Source of the DNA: Camelus dromedarius | Lineage: Eukaryota | Length of the DNA: 64,000 nucleotides | Direction: 5' to 3' | Assembly: GCF_036321535.1 (NCBI RefSeq) | Contig: NC_087447.1 | Location: forward strand, 32,304,001-32,368,000 | Shown here: positions 10,023-24,100 of the stretch, one piece after another | Numbering within the stretch: position 1 is the stretch's first letter | Layout: each line of letters begins with the position of its first letter | The notes under the pieces: generated by a model | What the model was told of the DNA's origin: nothing | The model's database searches: none | What the model saw: the letters and a program-made list of their open reading frames with translations, nothing else | Translations under genes and position numbers: made by a program

Positions 10023-11702
10023 CGTTTCAGGAAAAGGTGAGGCTTCCTTTGGCTGGCCAGGACGCCAACTTTCTAGGGGAATTGGGAGGATTGCCCTGAT
10101 CAAGGACCATACCGGGGATCTTCAGGAATGGATGCTATGGAAACCAAGCTGGAAGATGTCATCATCACCAGGGGCTGCAGGGAGAATGGTGCATTTGGCT
10201 CTGCAAGGGAGGAAGACTTTATTAAACATTGACAAGTAACTTCTAGTTTCCTATGTTTTGCCCAGCACGCTGATGCCAGCTCTGACAGTGTTGCAGGGAA
10301 GGGAGATTACAGCATATTTTACTGATGTTTGTGGTATTTTGGGCAACTAGGTTCCTTTGAATACAAAATATATGTAACAAAATGCATAATTATATTGTTC
10401 ATGTGTTTTGTTTTAACCCATGGTAGGTAAGAAAAAAGAGAAGGAAGGAAGAGAGGGAAGAAGCAAGAAAGAGGGAGAGAGGGAAGGAGGGAGGCAGAGA
10501 GAGAGACAGAATAGAGAAATCAAAAAGAATAATTGCTCCTCAGTGCTCTTGGTTAAATAAAAGACAATCAGTTTAATATAAATTCCTTGGAATTTTAGGT
10601 TCCTTCACTTAACTACTTTTCAGCACACTGCTGAAATGTCAATATATGAAATTTGTGGCTATATCTTGTGACTGTTAACAAAATATCATTGATTATATTT
10701 TCAAGATTTATTTTAAATTACTTATAATCCTTTAAAGTGTAATTTTTATTTTGTACCATCTTCTCCTAAAGCTGAATTTTAGGTAAACATTCATGTAAGA
10801 CATTTGTTTTCACATATATAGGTATAGTATCAATGAATCTATTTCATTAAACAAAGCAAGAAAACTATGCAAGCTTAATATTAATTATTAATGCACTCGA
10901 CATGAATCACAAACCTCTTAGATGCAATTCAGGCAAATAGTTACAAAACAGATTGTCCTTGAACCACATTCTCAAAGTCAAAATCCTTGAAATTCCTTTA
11001 AGCCGACAGGGGGAGTGGATTTTTCTTTGGGATCCTGGGACCAAATCTCAGAAGTGTGGATCTAAATACAGAATTATGTAAGAATATACCCTGAATAGAC
11101 CAAATAATACAATGGATATGTATGTGCTGAATGGATAGCTGAAAAACTTATCAAAAGTAGCTAGAACTATCCGCCATTATATCTGAATTATATTTTGTTA
11201 TAAATGATAATAAAGAAAATGACACTGGAGGCATATTTCTCTTATTTTGATGTGTATTAAAATATATGTCTTCTATTATAAAACTGAACAATATTTTTCT
11301 AGAGCTCTGGAATGTCTCAAAATAATATCTATCTCCAAAGGTGATCAGAAAAGGAAAACTCATTAAACTACCTCCTTCCAAACAAAAGAGTCAAGCTAGT
11401 TAGGAGTTGGAGCCGCCTAGTGCTCTTCAAAATATCTGTGTTTTTCAAATCTTTAGTGACCAAATTCATTAAATTTAATTCATCTAGGGATATCCATGAT
11501 TTTGAAAATCTGGAAAGTTATATAAAAAATAGAAGTCAAATAAATATCTGTGAAGCTAGGATGGTGACATAAAACTGATTTTTCTTAGCATTCCTGACTG
11601 AGTTTCACCCCAAATGACTAGAGATCTAAACCATGAGCAAAACTGATTGCTAAGTATTACATATATATAATAATATATGTAATATAATAAGTAGTGTGTG
11701 TG

Positions 11703-11705
<3 letters not shown>

Positions 11706-11736
<31 letters not shown>
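11706..11736. repeat. (AC)n microsatellite
   Basis: Directly visible. Other AC/GT runs near 7408-7430, 28069-28095 and 32207-32233. Confidence 0.95.
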
Positions 11737-11740
<4 letters not shown>

Positions 11741-13589
11741 AAGGGGGCACCACGCATGCAAATCCAACACAAAAGCATTATTTGTAGACTAAAATAATTA
11801 CATTCACATTATTGAAATCAATGCCATTTGGCTCTCTCCTCCATTCTCTTGGTAACAGAGTGTCTGAATCAGAATTACTGCTATCACTGACTAAATATTG
11901 ATTTACTTATTCTGAAAATATTTATTTATTGTTAAAAATTTCACTAGATTCTGGGACTGTTCCCTGAAAGGTCTCACAAGATGCATGGGAAAGAAAGACA
12001 TAAATACAATGACAAACACTTATGGGTGAAATTGGACAAGGTAAGTAACCCAGCCTGGGATTGAAAGTGTACAGAAAAGATGTCAGGAGGTGATGTTTCC
12101 TTGTCTGTCTTAATACTTGGAGAGAAACTTAGTCCAATAAAATGATGACAGCCCAGTGGAACTGGGTGGGGAAGGGTGGTGGTATTTGGAGAGCATCCCA
12201 GACAGAGGAGGCATCTTGAGCAAAGTCATAAAAGGAAAATGGTGTACATGGAAAATTACAAGAATTGTTATGAGGCTACAATTTAGGCTATTTTTAAGTT
12301 AGTAGCTACTCCCAATAAAAGAGACATATATTCAGATATTATTTACTAATCTAACAGATTTCCTTCATGTGTGGTCCCCAGTCCAAACACTTAACATACA
12401 CTTTTGTGACTTTAAGTTCACCAGATTTATCTTTATGCAAAGAAGTATTAGTAGTTATGTATATGGTACTAATTTAAAGATATTGAAAAAATCTTCCATC
12501 CTCTGAACACCTTCCCTTACCCTCAATATCTTTCATCCAGTTTTAGCCTAAAATTGCATTATTGGACAATTCTTCCTCTATGAGAATTGTCCCCTTTTCC
12601 CAAGTACTCTTAGCAATGAAAGGAGAAGGTTTCATTGACTATAACTAATGTGTGTAGTGTGTTGTAATTTATGGATGACTTTCATTTACATGATCTCATT
12701 TATTCCTTACTAATTCTTCAGACTAAGAAAATTTCATTCCCAGTTTTTTTTTTTTAATTATTATTCCTAGTTTATTGAGGAGGGAAATGAGATTTAATGA
12801 ATTGTCTGAAGTCATGCAACCAGTGATGAAGAATCAACATGGGTTAGAGTGGTTTCACACAATGTAAGTTCTTGTTAAAATACAGATTTTGATTCAACAG
12901 CTCTATAGTGGAGCCCAAGATTTGACAATTCTAAGTTTCCAGGCTGTGCCCTGGGTCACAATTTGAATATCAATGGTGTAGAGTATGAAACATGAAATCA
13001 GCTGACCTGCATTTGGGTCCTGATTCTGCTGATTATCCTCCCTGCAACTTTGAATCAATTATTTAACCTTAATAAACTTCAGTTTCCTTATTGTACAAAT
13101 GAAAGCTTGTAGTAAGTGATCCCACGCATCCTGTCCCCTTGTAAAATTCTATGACTTTTTCATTAATTTATTCATTGTTATAAAACCGTTTTTCTTCATT
13201 TCTTCCACTGTAAGATATTCCTATTGTATTTGAGCTAAAAAGCTAATAATGAACTGAAAAAAATGCCAATAATGTAGAGAAATATATTTCTTTTTGAAAG
13301 TTCTATCTTATATATTTAAAGAGTCAATTTATTGCTTGTGTTTTACTGAGTAGATATTAAGTTTTATATACAATTGTTTAAATAATTGTTATCATAGCAT
13401 TCGTTGAAATTTACATAAGATATTACCCAATAGCAATGTTATAAGTTTGCTTTTGTTTATGTTTTTGTGTCAGGAAATACTTTTTGAGAGGTCATTTAAA
13501 TGTCTTGCAAATGTTGCCCTCTGGTGGAAGGATATGTTATCATTTTAGCAGTAATTGTAGTCCTTAATCCTGTGATTAAAAACTCTTCC

Positions 13590-13607
13590 TTCTTTTCTTT
13601 CTCTCTT

Positions 13608-13658
<51 letters not shown>

Positions 13659-13707
13659 CTCTTTCTTTCTCTCTTTCTCTCTTTCTTTCTCTCTTTCTCT
13701 CTTTCTC

Positions 13708-13763
<56 letters not shown>

Positions 13764-13787
13764 TTTTTCTTTCTTTCTTTCTTTCTT
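13590..13787. repeat. Compound (TTTC)n/(TC)n microsatellite, ~200 bp pyrimidine tract
   Basis: Directly visible. Confidence 0.97.
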
Positions 13788-16089
13788 CCTCCTCCCACTT
13801 CTCCTCCTTCTTTTTTGGTACTTATTGAATTAAAATTTATACTTATAAATCAGAAGTATCCTTTGTGGCCAATATGTTTGTAGTTGCCTGACCAAGTACT
13901 AAATATCCTTAGAAATAATTCTGTTGTCTGGGAATCCCTCAGTTAATGACTGAGTCATTATAAAGAAACTTCACTCTGTTAAGATTAAGAAATGACATTG
14001 TAATCACCAGGAGAAAAATGGCTTAAAGTTTCTAAACCCAATAGAATACATTGTGATAATTTTATTAATATTTTGAAATAATAATGTAAGTTTGATACAT
14101 TTCCTTTCTCACCACCAAATATATATGTATATTTATATATGTATTCATATATTTATTTAAACGCATCTTAATTAATGCTATTTATAAGTCATTGCTAAGG
14201 TGTTTTAAGGAAAATTTATTTCAAAACAATATTTCAAGATGTCTAATTCTAAGGCTGTTTTGAGTGCAACATTTTCTATTGATTGTCAACAAATACTCAC
14301 TTAACAGGTATTTGCGCCCACTGTAGGCTAGGTGCCTTTCTGAGGTATAGTAAACCAGTTAACACAGTTTTATAGCTGTCTATAACAGATGTACAGAGTG
14401 TACGTTCCTAAAGAGGAAGCTGCTTTGGAAAGCTTTTTTATTGTATGGCTTTATTTGACTTTGAATTCTTAAAGCAATGCTCGTTCTAATTACACATTTC
14501 TTTCAGGTTGAGGCTATACAAATAAGCTCTGGGATCCATCTGTGAATTCTTTCTTACCAAGGGTCTTTAAGTGGACCATTTTCAGTTCAGCTTTATTTGA
14601 CCTGAATTTGCAGTGTTAGCCTTGGAGACATTTCCAAGAAATTATGATTATCCAATTTCTTGAGAACCAAAGATAGAAGAAATAATTTAGTTTGTCTTAC
14701 CCACATTTGTGTACACAACTCAGTGCTCTGCACTGTTATATTTAGTGGCCTAATAAAAAATCTTTTGATTTCTCTGTAATCTGTCTGATTTAAAAAATTG
14801 GAAGCAGGAAGTTTTAAATAAACGTACATTGTAATCTTAAATATGCATGTATTTAATACCAAAATCCATGTATATAATCATATATTCATTGTGCCTTTTT
14901 TTGGTGTGCATCTTACTCTGTATAATTTATTGTTAGAAAGATTTATGCATTTTATTCCATTTCTTTCTTTCTGTAACCAAGGGGAAATTCCTTATTCGCT
15001 ACACACCATTGCATCCTGGAACAATTCAAGTTTTAAAGTGAATGAAGACCAAATATTGCTCTCCTAACACCAGAGAAGTATTTTTACTTTTAAATCCCAC
15101 ACTATATACTTAGAAAAATGTGATACATTAGAAAAGGACTTTGAAAGTATTAGCCTCTTTAAACTGTCAACTTTTTTCTTAAAATTGTGATTGTATAAGA
15201 GAATATTGGGAACAAATTAATAGGAAAGAGGTACAACTTGCAAAGAGAATAAAGGAAATACCGATTTCAGCATGCAGGAGCTTAAAACAGAGATCACCTT
15301 GACTTAAGGTATTTACAGATTAATACATTAAATGACAAGTTATATATAGTACTCTTCGGCTCTGATGAAATCTCATCTAACTGAAATGTCTCTCTGTCTC
15401 TCTCTGGGTCCTATAGAGGTGCTATGTTGCTTTCATCAACCTGGGTTAATCCCCTTCCTTTGGGTACCATTATGGTTATCATTGCAGATTGTGGAATGTA
15501 ATCTTCCTTGAAAGAAAGAGAGCACATAACAGTATTGAGATCTCCCACTTAGCTGCAAACACCTAGAGATTTTCTGTTTAACTTCTTCATGCTCCTTTTT
15601 CTAAGTTACTTAAGTGTTGAGCAGCAAAAGGTGAAAAGATTTCAGTTTTAGAATATTTAAAGTGACATTTTCCAAAGTAAAGATCTAAATATATAGTTTG
15701 GTAATAGGATAGGATATTTAAAATACAGAATATGTAACTGCTGTAAGCATGCTCTAATCATAATTTTGGAGAAGGAACAACAAAAATGTAATGAAATACA
15801 GTGGCAGCTACGAATGTTTTCTAACTGCTGTCCTCTAGTGGTCAAATAGAAAATTTTTTTTGAGCTTTGGCTAACCAAAAGTAGGTTTAATTACTTGGAA
15901 GTCAGCAGGTAAACATGTTTCAAGTGATATTCATATTATATGTGTGGCTTTCTCCTAGTACAAAGACTAAAAGTGTGGAATGACTGTGCAACTGACACAA
16001 CTTTCTATACTGCTGGTGGGATCATAATAACAGTAAATACACCATTATATGCAGTGAGAACCATAGTGGATAGGTTTTATTGTGTAAAA

Positions 16090-16310
16090 TGGAAAAGCCA
16101 TGGCCATTCACTGAGACGCTTTGAATACTGAGTGCCAGTACATTCAGCCATCCCTTGTGGAGAAGCAGAGTCAGGGATCTGATCAAACCACACCTGAAAC
16201 CTGCCCTCTAACTAGACTAATTTTCCAAATTTTTGAGCCAATGAATCCCATTTAATTAATACTTAAGCCAGTTGGGTTTGAAGTTTCCACTACTCGCAAC
16301 TGAGAGTATT
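16090..16310 (+). mobile_element. Old MaLR LTR fragment (MLT1J/K-like)
   Basis: TGAGCCAATGAATCCC...TTAAGCCAGTTGGGTT...CTACTCGCAACTGAGAG is a typical MLT1 3' end. Confidence 0.55.
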
Positions 16311-17842
16311 TTGATATATCACCTTAAAGGTATTTTATGAATGGCTAAATGGATAAATGGGGAAAGGATGGATAGACAGATCCAAGGTTTAGAATATAAG
16401 TTAAAAACATTGGAAAGAGGGAAGAGTTGTGTAAGAATTATAGAACAAAATAGTAGAAAGGCAGAACATAGCAAAGCAAAAGAAAGCCTTGAATTTCATG
16501 TCAATGCAGTTAAATTTTTATTCAACATTTCTAAGTCATAATTATGTGCCACATCTTTTACTGGATACTAAGGAAACAGAGATAAATAAGACACATACCC
16601 TGTTCCCAGAGACCTCAGATTTTAATTAAGAAATTTAGATATTTTCTAGTGGATAACTAGGAAAGGATTTTAATCATGAGCAAAGAAGTGATTTTATCAA
16701 CACAGTAACATTCTTAGAAGTTTATCAGGCAAGAGTACAATAAATTGTGTGGAGAGAAAGGGAAGGCAGAGGAGCTTCAGTTCAGAAAATAACTATTAGC
16801 TGTAGTCTGTGTGTCAGCCGATTAAATATTTTTTAAAATTAGTCTTCTTTCCCCTTTGATCATCAGGCTTTCAACCCATTCAAGGATGGGGCAAAAGTAT
16901 CCACAGACACACGGACGGTACACAAGAGCCATAAATAGAACAATTGCTTAGATCAGTTTGAAAATTATTGACTCAAATGACACTGGGAGATTGCTTCTGT
17001 AGGATAACTTAATTTCTAATAAGCACTGTTTATTTAGCCCTCACCCACTCTCTTGTTTCATCACTGGCATGACCCCAGACAGTAAAAGAAAAAAAAGCAC
17101 ATTTATTTAGTGACTAGACAAGCAGAAAATAATAGCAAATGGCATCAGTCAACAACCCTTACTCTTCCTACCCTTGGGAAGGTGGAAGATGTTCACCATC
17201 TAAAAACACCCCGCCAGGACAGATGCAGCTAACAATGGACCTGATGTGACTGATTCCTTCTAAGCTGAGATGACATGGAAGCAAATGAACCCCCATTCTT
17301 TGGCCATTTGTAACATTTCTTCTAGGGAAGGTCTTCAGGGTCGAAATGGGTCAGAATGTGCAGATCGTGTCCAATAGCAGCCTCACCAGACCCAGATCAA
17401 AAGCCTTCCTTCAGCAAAGGTCTTTCCTTTATCCTCTCACTGGAAACTGAGATCTAGCCCTGTCATTGGCAGAAAAGTACAACCTTGAAGAAGGTAATTG
17501 GACTTCATCATGCTTCAGTTTCTTTATCTGTTAAATATAATGAGTGATATCTACCTTTTCCACGTTAAATCAAATAATGCACCTAAGCTATCTCTCACAG
17601 TGCCTGCCATGCAAGCACTGAATACATTAGACTGGTTCTTATTATTATTAGCCTACACTTTTATATGATGCTTGTCACTTTCTACTTTGCAGTCTTTGAA
17701 AGTGGATCCCATATTAACATCATGTGTATTTTTCATAACTCTTACCAAAATATCTGACCAACAGTATAAACAGTGAATTTAGGTTGAATAAATAAATAAA
17801 TTCTCCTAAACTTTATTCCTAGACTCCCCTGCGGCAAAGGGT

Positions 17843-18190
17843 ACATATTATTTCCCCAGGGCTGCCATAGCAGATCACCACAGACAGGTGGCTTAAAATA
17901 ACATAACAGAATCTCATTGTCTTGCAGTGCAGGAGGCTCGTTGTCCAAACGCAAGGTGTTGGCAGGGCTGGCTCCTCCTGTGAGGGGGGCATTGTCACAT
18001 AGCTCTCTCCTACCTTCTAGTGTTTGGTGGTAACTTTTACAGTGCGTTAGGCTGTAGATGTGCCCCTCAAGTCTCTGCCTCTGTCTTCTCACTGCTTTCT
18101 TCTCTGGGTTTTGATTTCATCTCAAGAACCAAACACGGTTACATTCCGAAGTTTGGGTAGAATTTTGTGGAAACACTATTCAAACCATGA
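17843..18190 (-). mobile_element. MaLR LTR (MLT1-type)
   Basis: GGGCTGCCATAGCAGATCACCACAGACAGGTGGCTTAAA...CAAGGTGTTGGCAGGGCTGG resembles the MLT1 end. Subfamily not assigned. Confidence 0.7.
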
Positions 18191-21100
18191 CTGTTATGTA
18201 CAAGCTCCTTCCCACTTATAACAAATTGTAACTAAGAATATGAGTTCTATCCAGCCTGCACAAGCCCAGGCTCTGTCCCGCCCTTAATGCATCGTGGCTT
18301 TGGTTGCATTACTTACCTATACCCCATTTCAGTTTCTGAATGAGTGAGATGATAAATAAGATTATCCACTTTGAAGAGTTTCTGTGTGGATTAAAAGAGA
18401 TAAGCCTTATAAAGGGCTTCATATACTCTGGTTGTCATTAATCAGTCAATAAATGTTGGCTGCTTCTTTTACTTATTTGTTTGTTTGTTTGTTTGTTTTT
18501 ATAGCCAGGTCCCTCCACCAGGAAAGCCCACTGCCTCTCCCACTGCTTCCATCACTAACTCCTAAACATTGGTGTCTACATCTTAAGTGTCACTTTCTCA
18601 GGGAGGCATTCTCTGACATCTCAACAGAATCTAGTAGTTCTCAATCCCTTTTCTCATTCTTTATCACAATTGAATAACAGCTGATTAATTATTATGCTCA
18701 AATAATAGTTGAACACACATTAGGTAATTAACCTTTAGGATCTGGCTCCCCATGGATGAAAATGCTCCTTGGGAACAAGACGTCTCTTTAGTTTGATATG
18801 GACTGAGGTTGCCTGGGATAGAACCCTGGCTGCTCCTTCACCCTTCCTTCTTGGGTGAGTTCTTTAATCTGCTCAGGTCCCAGTTTTCTCATATGAAATG
18901 GCTGTGATAACTTTACTTACCTAAAGCGATTGTTGTGCGGATCAAATGAGATCTTTTATGTAAAACACATAGCTCATAGTGTTTGGCACATCCAAGTGTT
19001 GAAAAATTGCTACTTAGTGTTCTTTTTTTTTTCTTCAGGTTCTGGCACGCAGTCGATTAAGTGAATGAAGTAATGCTGAATGAATGAGCCAGGTTATTGT
19101 CCAAATCTAGGAATACAATCTGTGCCACAGAAGAGTGTGGCAATTTAATAGGTTCCAGTGATCTTGTCCTCATTAGAGATTTTCTATAACCGAAGACTCT
19201 AGAAAGCTCAAGGGAAAAGATTCTCAACACCACTGCCCAAATAATTTCCTCCTTTATAACCTTTACAATCCCATTAAAACCAGAATTTAAAAAAAAAAAA
19301 AAAAGGTTCATAGAATCCAATTTGTTTCTAGCCCCAGGGTGGTCTTTTGGAGAAAGACTTCTGGGAGGGCGGTGAAAAAGATCAGCTAAGGCAAGTCTGG
19401 GTCCCTAACAGGTGAAGTGTGTCTGGAAGCAGCACTGCTTTAGTGTGAGGAGGAATAGAAAGTCATTTGGACTTTACAGCTTTCAATGTGCTTCTCTATA
19501 GTCTAGGGGAAAAAAATCAATGCTGCATGAGCATAAAAAAAAGCAGCTTCATATGTAAAGTAAAATTATTCACTATCCTAAGAATACATTGGTCTGGCAT
19601 AAACATACCCATTGAGAAGCAAGCAGTATTTATTTCTGCTTTGCCTGTTCCGCAGTAGAGACAGCTTAAGTGGTAAGCTTTGCCATCAGACTGACCTTGT
19701 TTAAAACTCTGGTGGAAATGTCACTTTCTTTTTAAAGTAAGTCATGAATCACACAGGTTTTAAATCTACTTTTGACAGTTGGATCGCTGAAGTCATTTAT
19801 ATTTCCTTAAATAGAAGAAGCTGAAACAATGACTTTTTTTTTTTTCTGAGACACAATTTCCAAATGTAAAGAGTATTTAGTCTAAATCCCTTAATTTGCA
19901 AACAATAAAACCGAGGAGCAGAGAGGTTAGATAACTTACCTTAGGGTCACACTGCGATTTAGCATTCTGAATTCAGAATTCAAAACTAGATCTAGTCCAC
20001 AGATATCAGACCTTTCTGTGCCTCTCCTGCTTGACTCACCTACTAGGGAAAGCTGTCCCACTTAAGGCTAAGAGGCAGCATCATGCAACTCTTGGACTAG
20101 AAGTGCTTTGAAGGTTTATTTCATCAGCTTACTGAGTTTCAAGTTTCCAGTTCTATTATCCCCGATGGGTAAGAGTGCAACTTTGGATTCCATTTGTATC
20201 GTACTCTGCCTCTCCCTTAGTAACAAACTGTGCTTAATAACTGAGAAAGATATGTGACTATAAATAAAAATGGTTTTATTTATAAACATACACTATATAT
20301 ATACATTTAATTTATTTTTAATTTTTAAAGAGGGCTGCTGGCTTCTTTTGCTCCTCCTCTCTATTTGCTCCTGCCTCAAAAAAGACTGGATTCCGCAGAT
20401 GAAATTTAAAACATCAGTTAGGGTGCATGCAACCAGGTTACTAGGTTACAGCTTCCACGCCTCCCTGTGTCATCCCTTTTGTACCTCTTCCATTAATGCA
20501 CCTGGGGGAGGAGGTTAAGCGGGTTTGACTCTTGTCTCCTCTATTTTGACTTTGTCCCTTCATGTGTTTGTACAAGACTTGGTACAATTTCACTAACTAG
20601 ACGGAGATGAAGGGATCATTGCTCACTTGGTTCACACACTCCAGCTGCACGTTCCGTCTTGAGGGTACGTATTGGGGTGCACGTATCAAAAAACTTATAA
20701 ACACTTATAATAAAACGCTAGCAACAGAACCAATCATAAAGGAGTCCTTTGGTTCACCTTTGGAATCCTTATATATACAACGTCCCCTTAGTGAACTCAT
20801 AGAGGAAAAGAAGCATGATTTTTAGGGCAGATTCTCCAATGTATTTCCAATAAATTCAATTCACTCATCTACTCAAAACATTTTTATTAAGAATATGCTA
20901 TGTGCCAGACTACTTCAGACACTGAAAATAGTGAACAAGACAAATAATTTTCCATCCAAATGGAGCTTTTATTCTAGTTGTAAAGACAAAAACACATCAA
21001 TATGCCATCCCACTTTCTAGAAGCATTACATATAGCTGACCATTTATCAAGCTCTAGGCACTGTTTGAAATGCTTTATAAATTGTATTTCATTTAATCCT

Positions 21101-22589
21101 TATTACAACCCAATGAAGTACATATGTAATATGGTGTGATATGATATTTCATAGCATAATAATGCAATACACTGCAGACAGAAAAGTCAAAAATACCCGA
21201 GGTCCTACAGTTCTTGAGTGCTTAAGGTAGAATCTAAATTCAGATTCATCTGAACCAAGGTACACATACACACACCTATGTTTTGCATCCTTTTATTCAC
21301 CAACATTATGAAACAATCACAGTGTACTATGCTAACTACCAGAAACATAGGGAATGCAACTGCCTTTTCCATCAAGGCAGAGGAGACAGACATGAAAATA
21401 AACTCCTGCAGGGAGGTGTTATAAGACTGCAGGAGAGGCCATTCGGGACCTGGGAGAGAAAGATCTGCTCCATCCAGATGGTGACATAAGTTTCAAGAGG
21501 AGATGGCACTTGGTCTGCTTCCATCACCGTGTAGAATTCCCTGTCCCCTCTTGGTGCCACTGCCTGGAGCAAGGCAGCCATGTGATTACAGTCATAGAAG
21601 AAGGGAGGAGGGCGACCAGTCACTAACGCTCTAGGGCAACTTTTGTTGCTAATGCAGTGTGTGAAAAACGGCTGAAATTTCTGATATGCTTTTTTTTTTT
21701 TCATATACGTCATACGTCATGGAGTTAACGATAACTTTCTCATCCTTATAATGACCCTGCTTGTGTGTTCCAAATAGGACAAGAAGTGAGGGATGACTTT
21801 GCAAAAGGTAATGTCTGATAAAAATGTAAAGTAGCGTGTTTGTTAACATTAATGGCTGTGATCAAACCATTTCCTTACTGTTTAACCTTCTGTTCTGCAG
21901 GCCAAACCATTTAAAGCCCACAGCCTGTACACACAACATGGTTATAGCCCTCCACACTCAGCCTGCTTCTGGGTCTACACCAGCACTCCTCCACTGGGTG
22001 TCATCCGTACATGGAGACTGGCTTTATTCCTACAGGGTCTTCTTATTCTGCTTCCATGTGTCTTGTTCATGTATTTGTTCGTTACTTCATTTTCTTTCAC
22101 TTTGAGCCAATTATGAGGGGTTTTGTTTGATTCTTCCTTTTAAAATTTAAAAATAGCTTTAAAAAATTATTCTTGCTCATTCTAAAATTTCGACCAGTAA
22201 AACAAGAACAAAAAATGTTAAATTCATCTAAAATCCTACCAGCCAGATATAACTTGTCTTTATATTTTAGGAAATGCATCAGCATATTGATAATGCTCAG
22301 ATTCCCTCAGGCCTCAGCTCCCAGGAACTGTGACTTAGTGCATCCAGGGTGGGTCCAGGATTCTAACTTTAAAATACCAGGAGATTTTTAAAAATCGGAG
22401 GCAATTCTGATCCTGCTGATCTGCAGACCAGATCTTGAAGAAAAAACAAACAAACAGCAGCAAGAAAATGACTGCTTCAGACAACACCCGGTGTCGATAT
22501 AGAAAAAGGGATCCATGTACACCTGTATCCTTGACCACAAGGATGGGGCTAGTTGACTCCTCCCATGCTGTTTCCAACTCATTTCTCTG

Positions 22590-24100
22590 TTGTGATCTTC
22601 TAGTGGAGGGCCAGTCTCCCCTGCAGCTACAGTTGGCCCTGTGACCCTGTTTTGGCCAATGAGGGCTGAGAAATGTAATCCATTTCCTGACAAAACAGAA
22701 AGGCACCAGGGGCAAACTGATGGCCACTGCCCCTTCACACTTCAGCAAGTCTGGATTTAGAACTGGGAAGAAACAAGATATGACAAGTGGGAAATCCCAC
22801 TGCTTGAGGGTTTGGAGGGTGGTGATGAGAAAGATAAAGTCAGAAAGAGGAAAGCATTAATTAGATGGGGTCTCAATTTCATTTTCCTGGGTGTCAGTCC
22901 AGAGAGGAACGCATGCCCTATGAAGGTGAGGGGACGTAAGCAGATGCCACCGACACCGCACCATTGCCTTCGCTAGTGAAGCTGCAGCTGGACAACTTCC
23001 ATAAAGATTATTGGTATTCTAACCCATGTCTCTTCACCTGAATGATTTTTTTTTCTGGCTGCAGGCATGTGCTTGACCTGGTGGGGCAGGGAGGACTGAG
23101 TGAGTTCTTCCTAGAAGCAACCCTCCATCAGTGTGTGATGGGAATTGGTGGACAAAGCCCCACCTTGTTCCTCCCTCAGTGTTGACATTCTGAGCTTTGT
23201 TTTACAATCTCTGAGGACTCTCAATGAGACTGAACTCTAGCTTTCCCGTAATGATAACCCACTGAAAAATCACATGCTTTATTTCCTGTCTCACTTTCTC
23301 ACCCCTTGGGATCATCTCCTAAATACAGAACTTCACCTAAATCCTTCTTGCAGTCCCTGCAATAAACAGGGCGGGTGGGCACTGAACGCAGGGGTAATTG
23401 CCCCCATTCCAGTTGGGGTCTCCAGGAGGGAAGTGGGAAGTTACACAGAGGACTTCACGTTAATCTGGATCAGCCAAGCACAATAACAAGGAGTAGTTGG
23501 GTGTGATCAGACAGGACATCTAGTTGTCTTCCTCAGTTTTTGTATATGGTGGATCCTAAGCTGAGAACCGTGAAACTGCCAGTTAGTGGACTTGGAAGAC
23601 TGAGGGGCTGCCCAGCAGAGGCTGAAAGCAGCATGCCACCGGGCGGGGGTCTAATGGGGATGTGCCATAAACCTAAGGGCTTTTAGCTGGCAAACCCTGA
23701 GGGAGAGCAGAGCTGGCAAGTGGAAGACAGCTGCCCCTCTCAAGTATTATTATCCGAGCCAATATGCATTTACCTGCCATGGGATGTCACCAGAAGCCAC
23801 TGCAGGTTCACCTGCTGTAGGATGCCAGCAGGGCTCCCGGTGACTAGCCCTACAAGGGTTATTTTGCCAAGAACAGGAGGGAGCAGTGCACACACCAAAA
23901 TCAGCATGAGGCCAGAGACCCTTCTTCCCCCATACCACATTTCTTGCCACGAATGAACTGGAGCAGCATCTTTGCAATAGAAGCAAGACAGGAGACAGGC
24001 TCTCTGAGAGACGGAGCATTTTTATCCAGGAATTACTGAGATCCACCTACAAGTACTGTTTATGTCTTTACATCCAACGAAGTTGGAAATCTGGTTAACA
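22590..24100. mobile_element. Cluster of old LTR fragments (MLT1 / ERVL LTR16-like)
   Basis: GC-elevated block with CTGTGACCCTGTTTTGGCCAATGAG and CCTTGGGATCATCTCCTAAATA...AAATCCTT motifs. Individual boundaries not resolved. Confidence 0.4.

Larger units (their letters stand above)
9232..10100 (-). promoter_or_regulatory. SLC17A6: SLC17A6 5' UTR and proximal promoter (TSS not determinable)
   Basis: CpG-retaining sequence directly upstream of the ATG, with a pyrimidine-rich initiator-like tract (~9375-9420) and RE1 motifs. Confidence 0.75.

Noticed and set aside
12288..12297. MEF2-like CTATTTTTAA
   Set aside because: AT-rich 10-mer expected by chance, next to old repeat sequence, with no supporting context.
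13496..13883. K/E/R-rich and F/L/S-rich ORFs
   Set aside because: Translations of the TTTC microsatellite.
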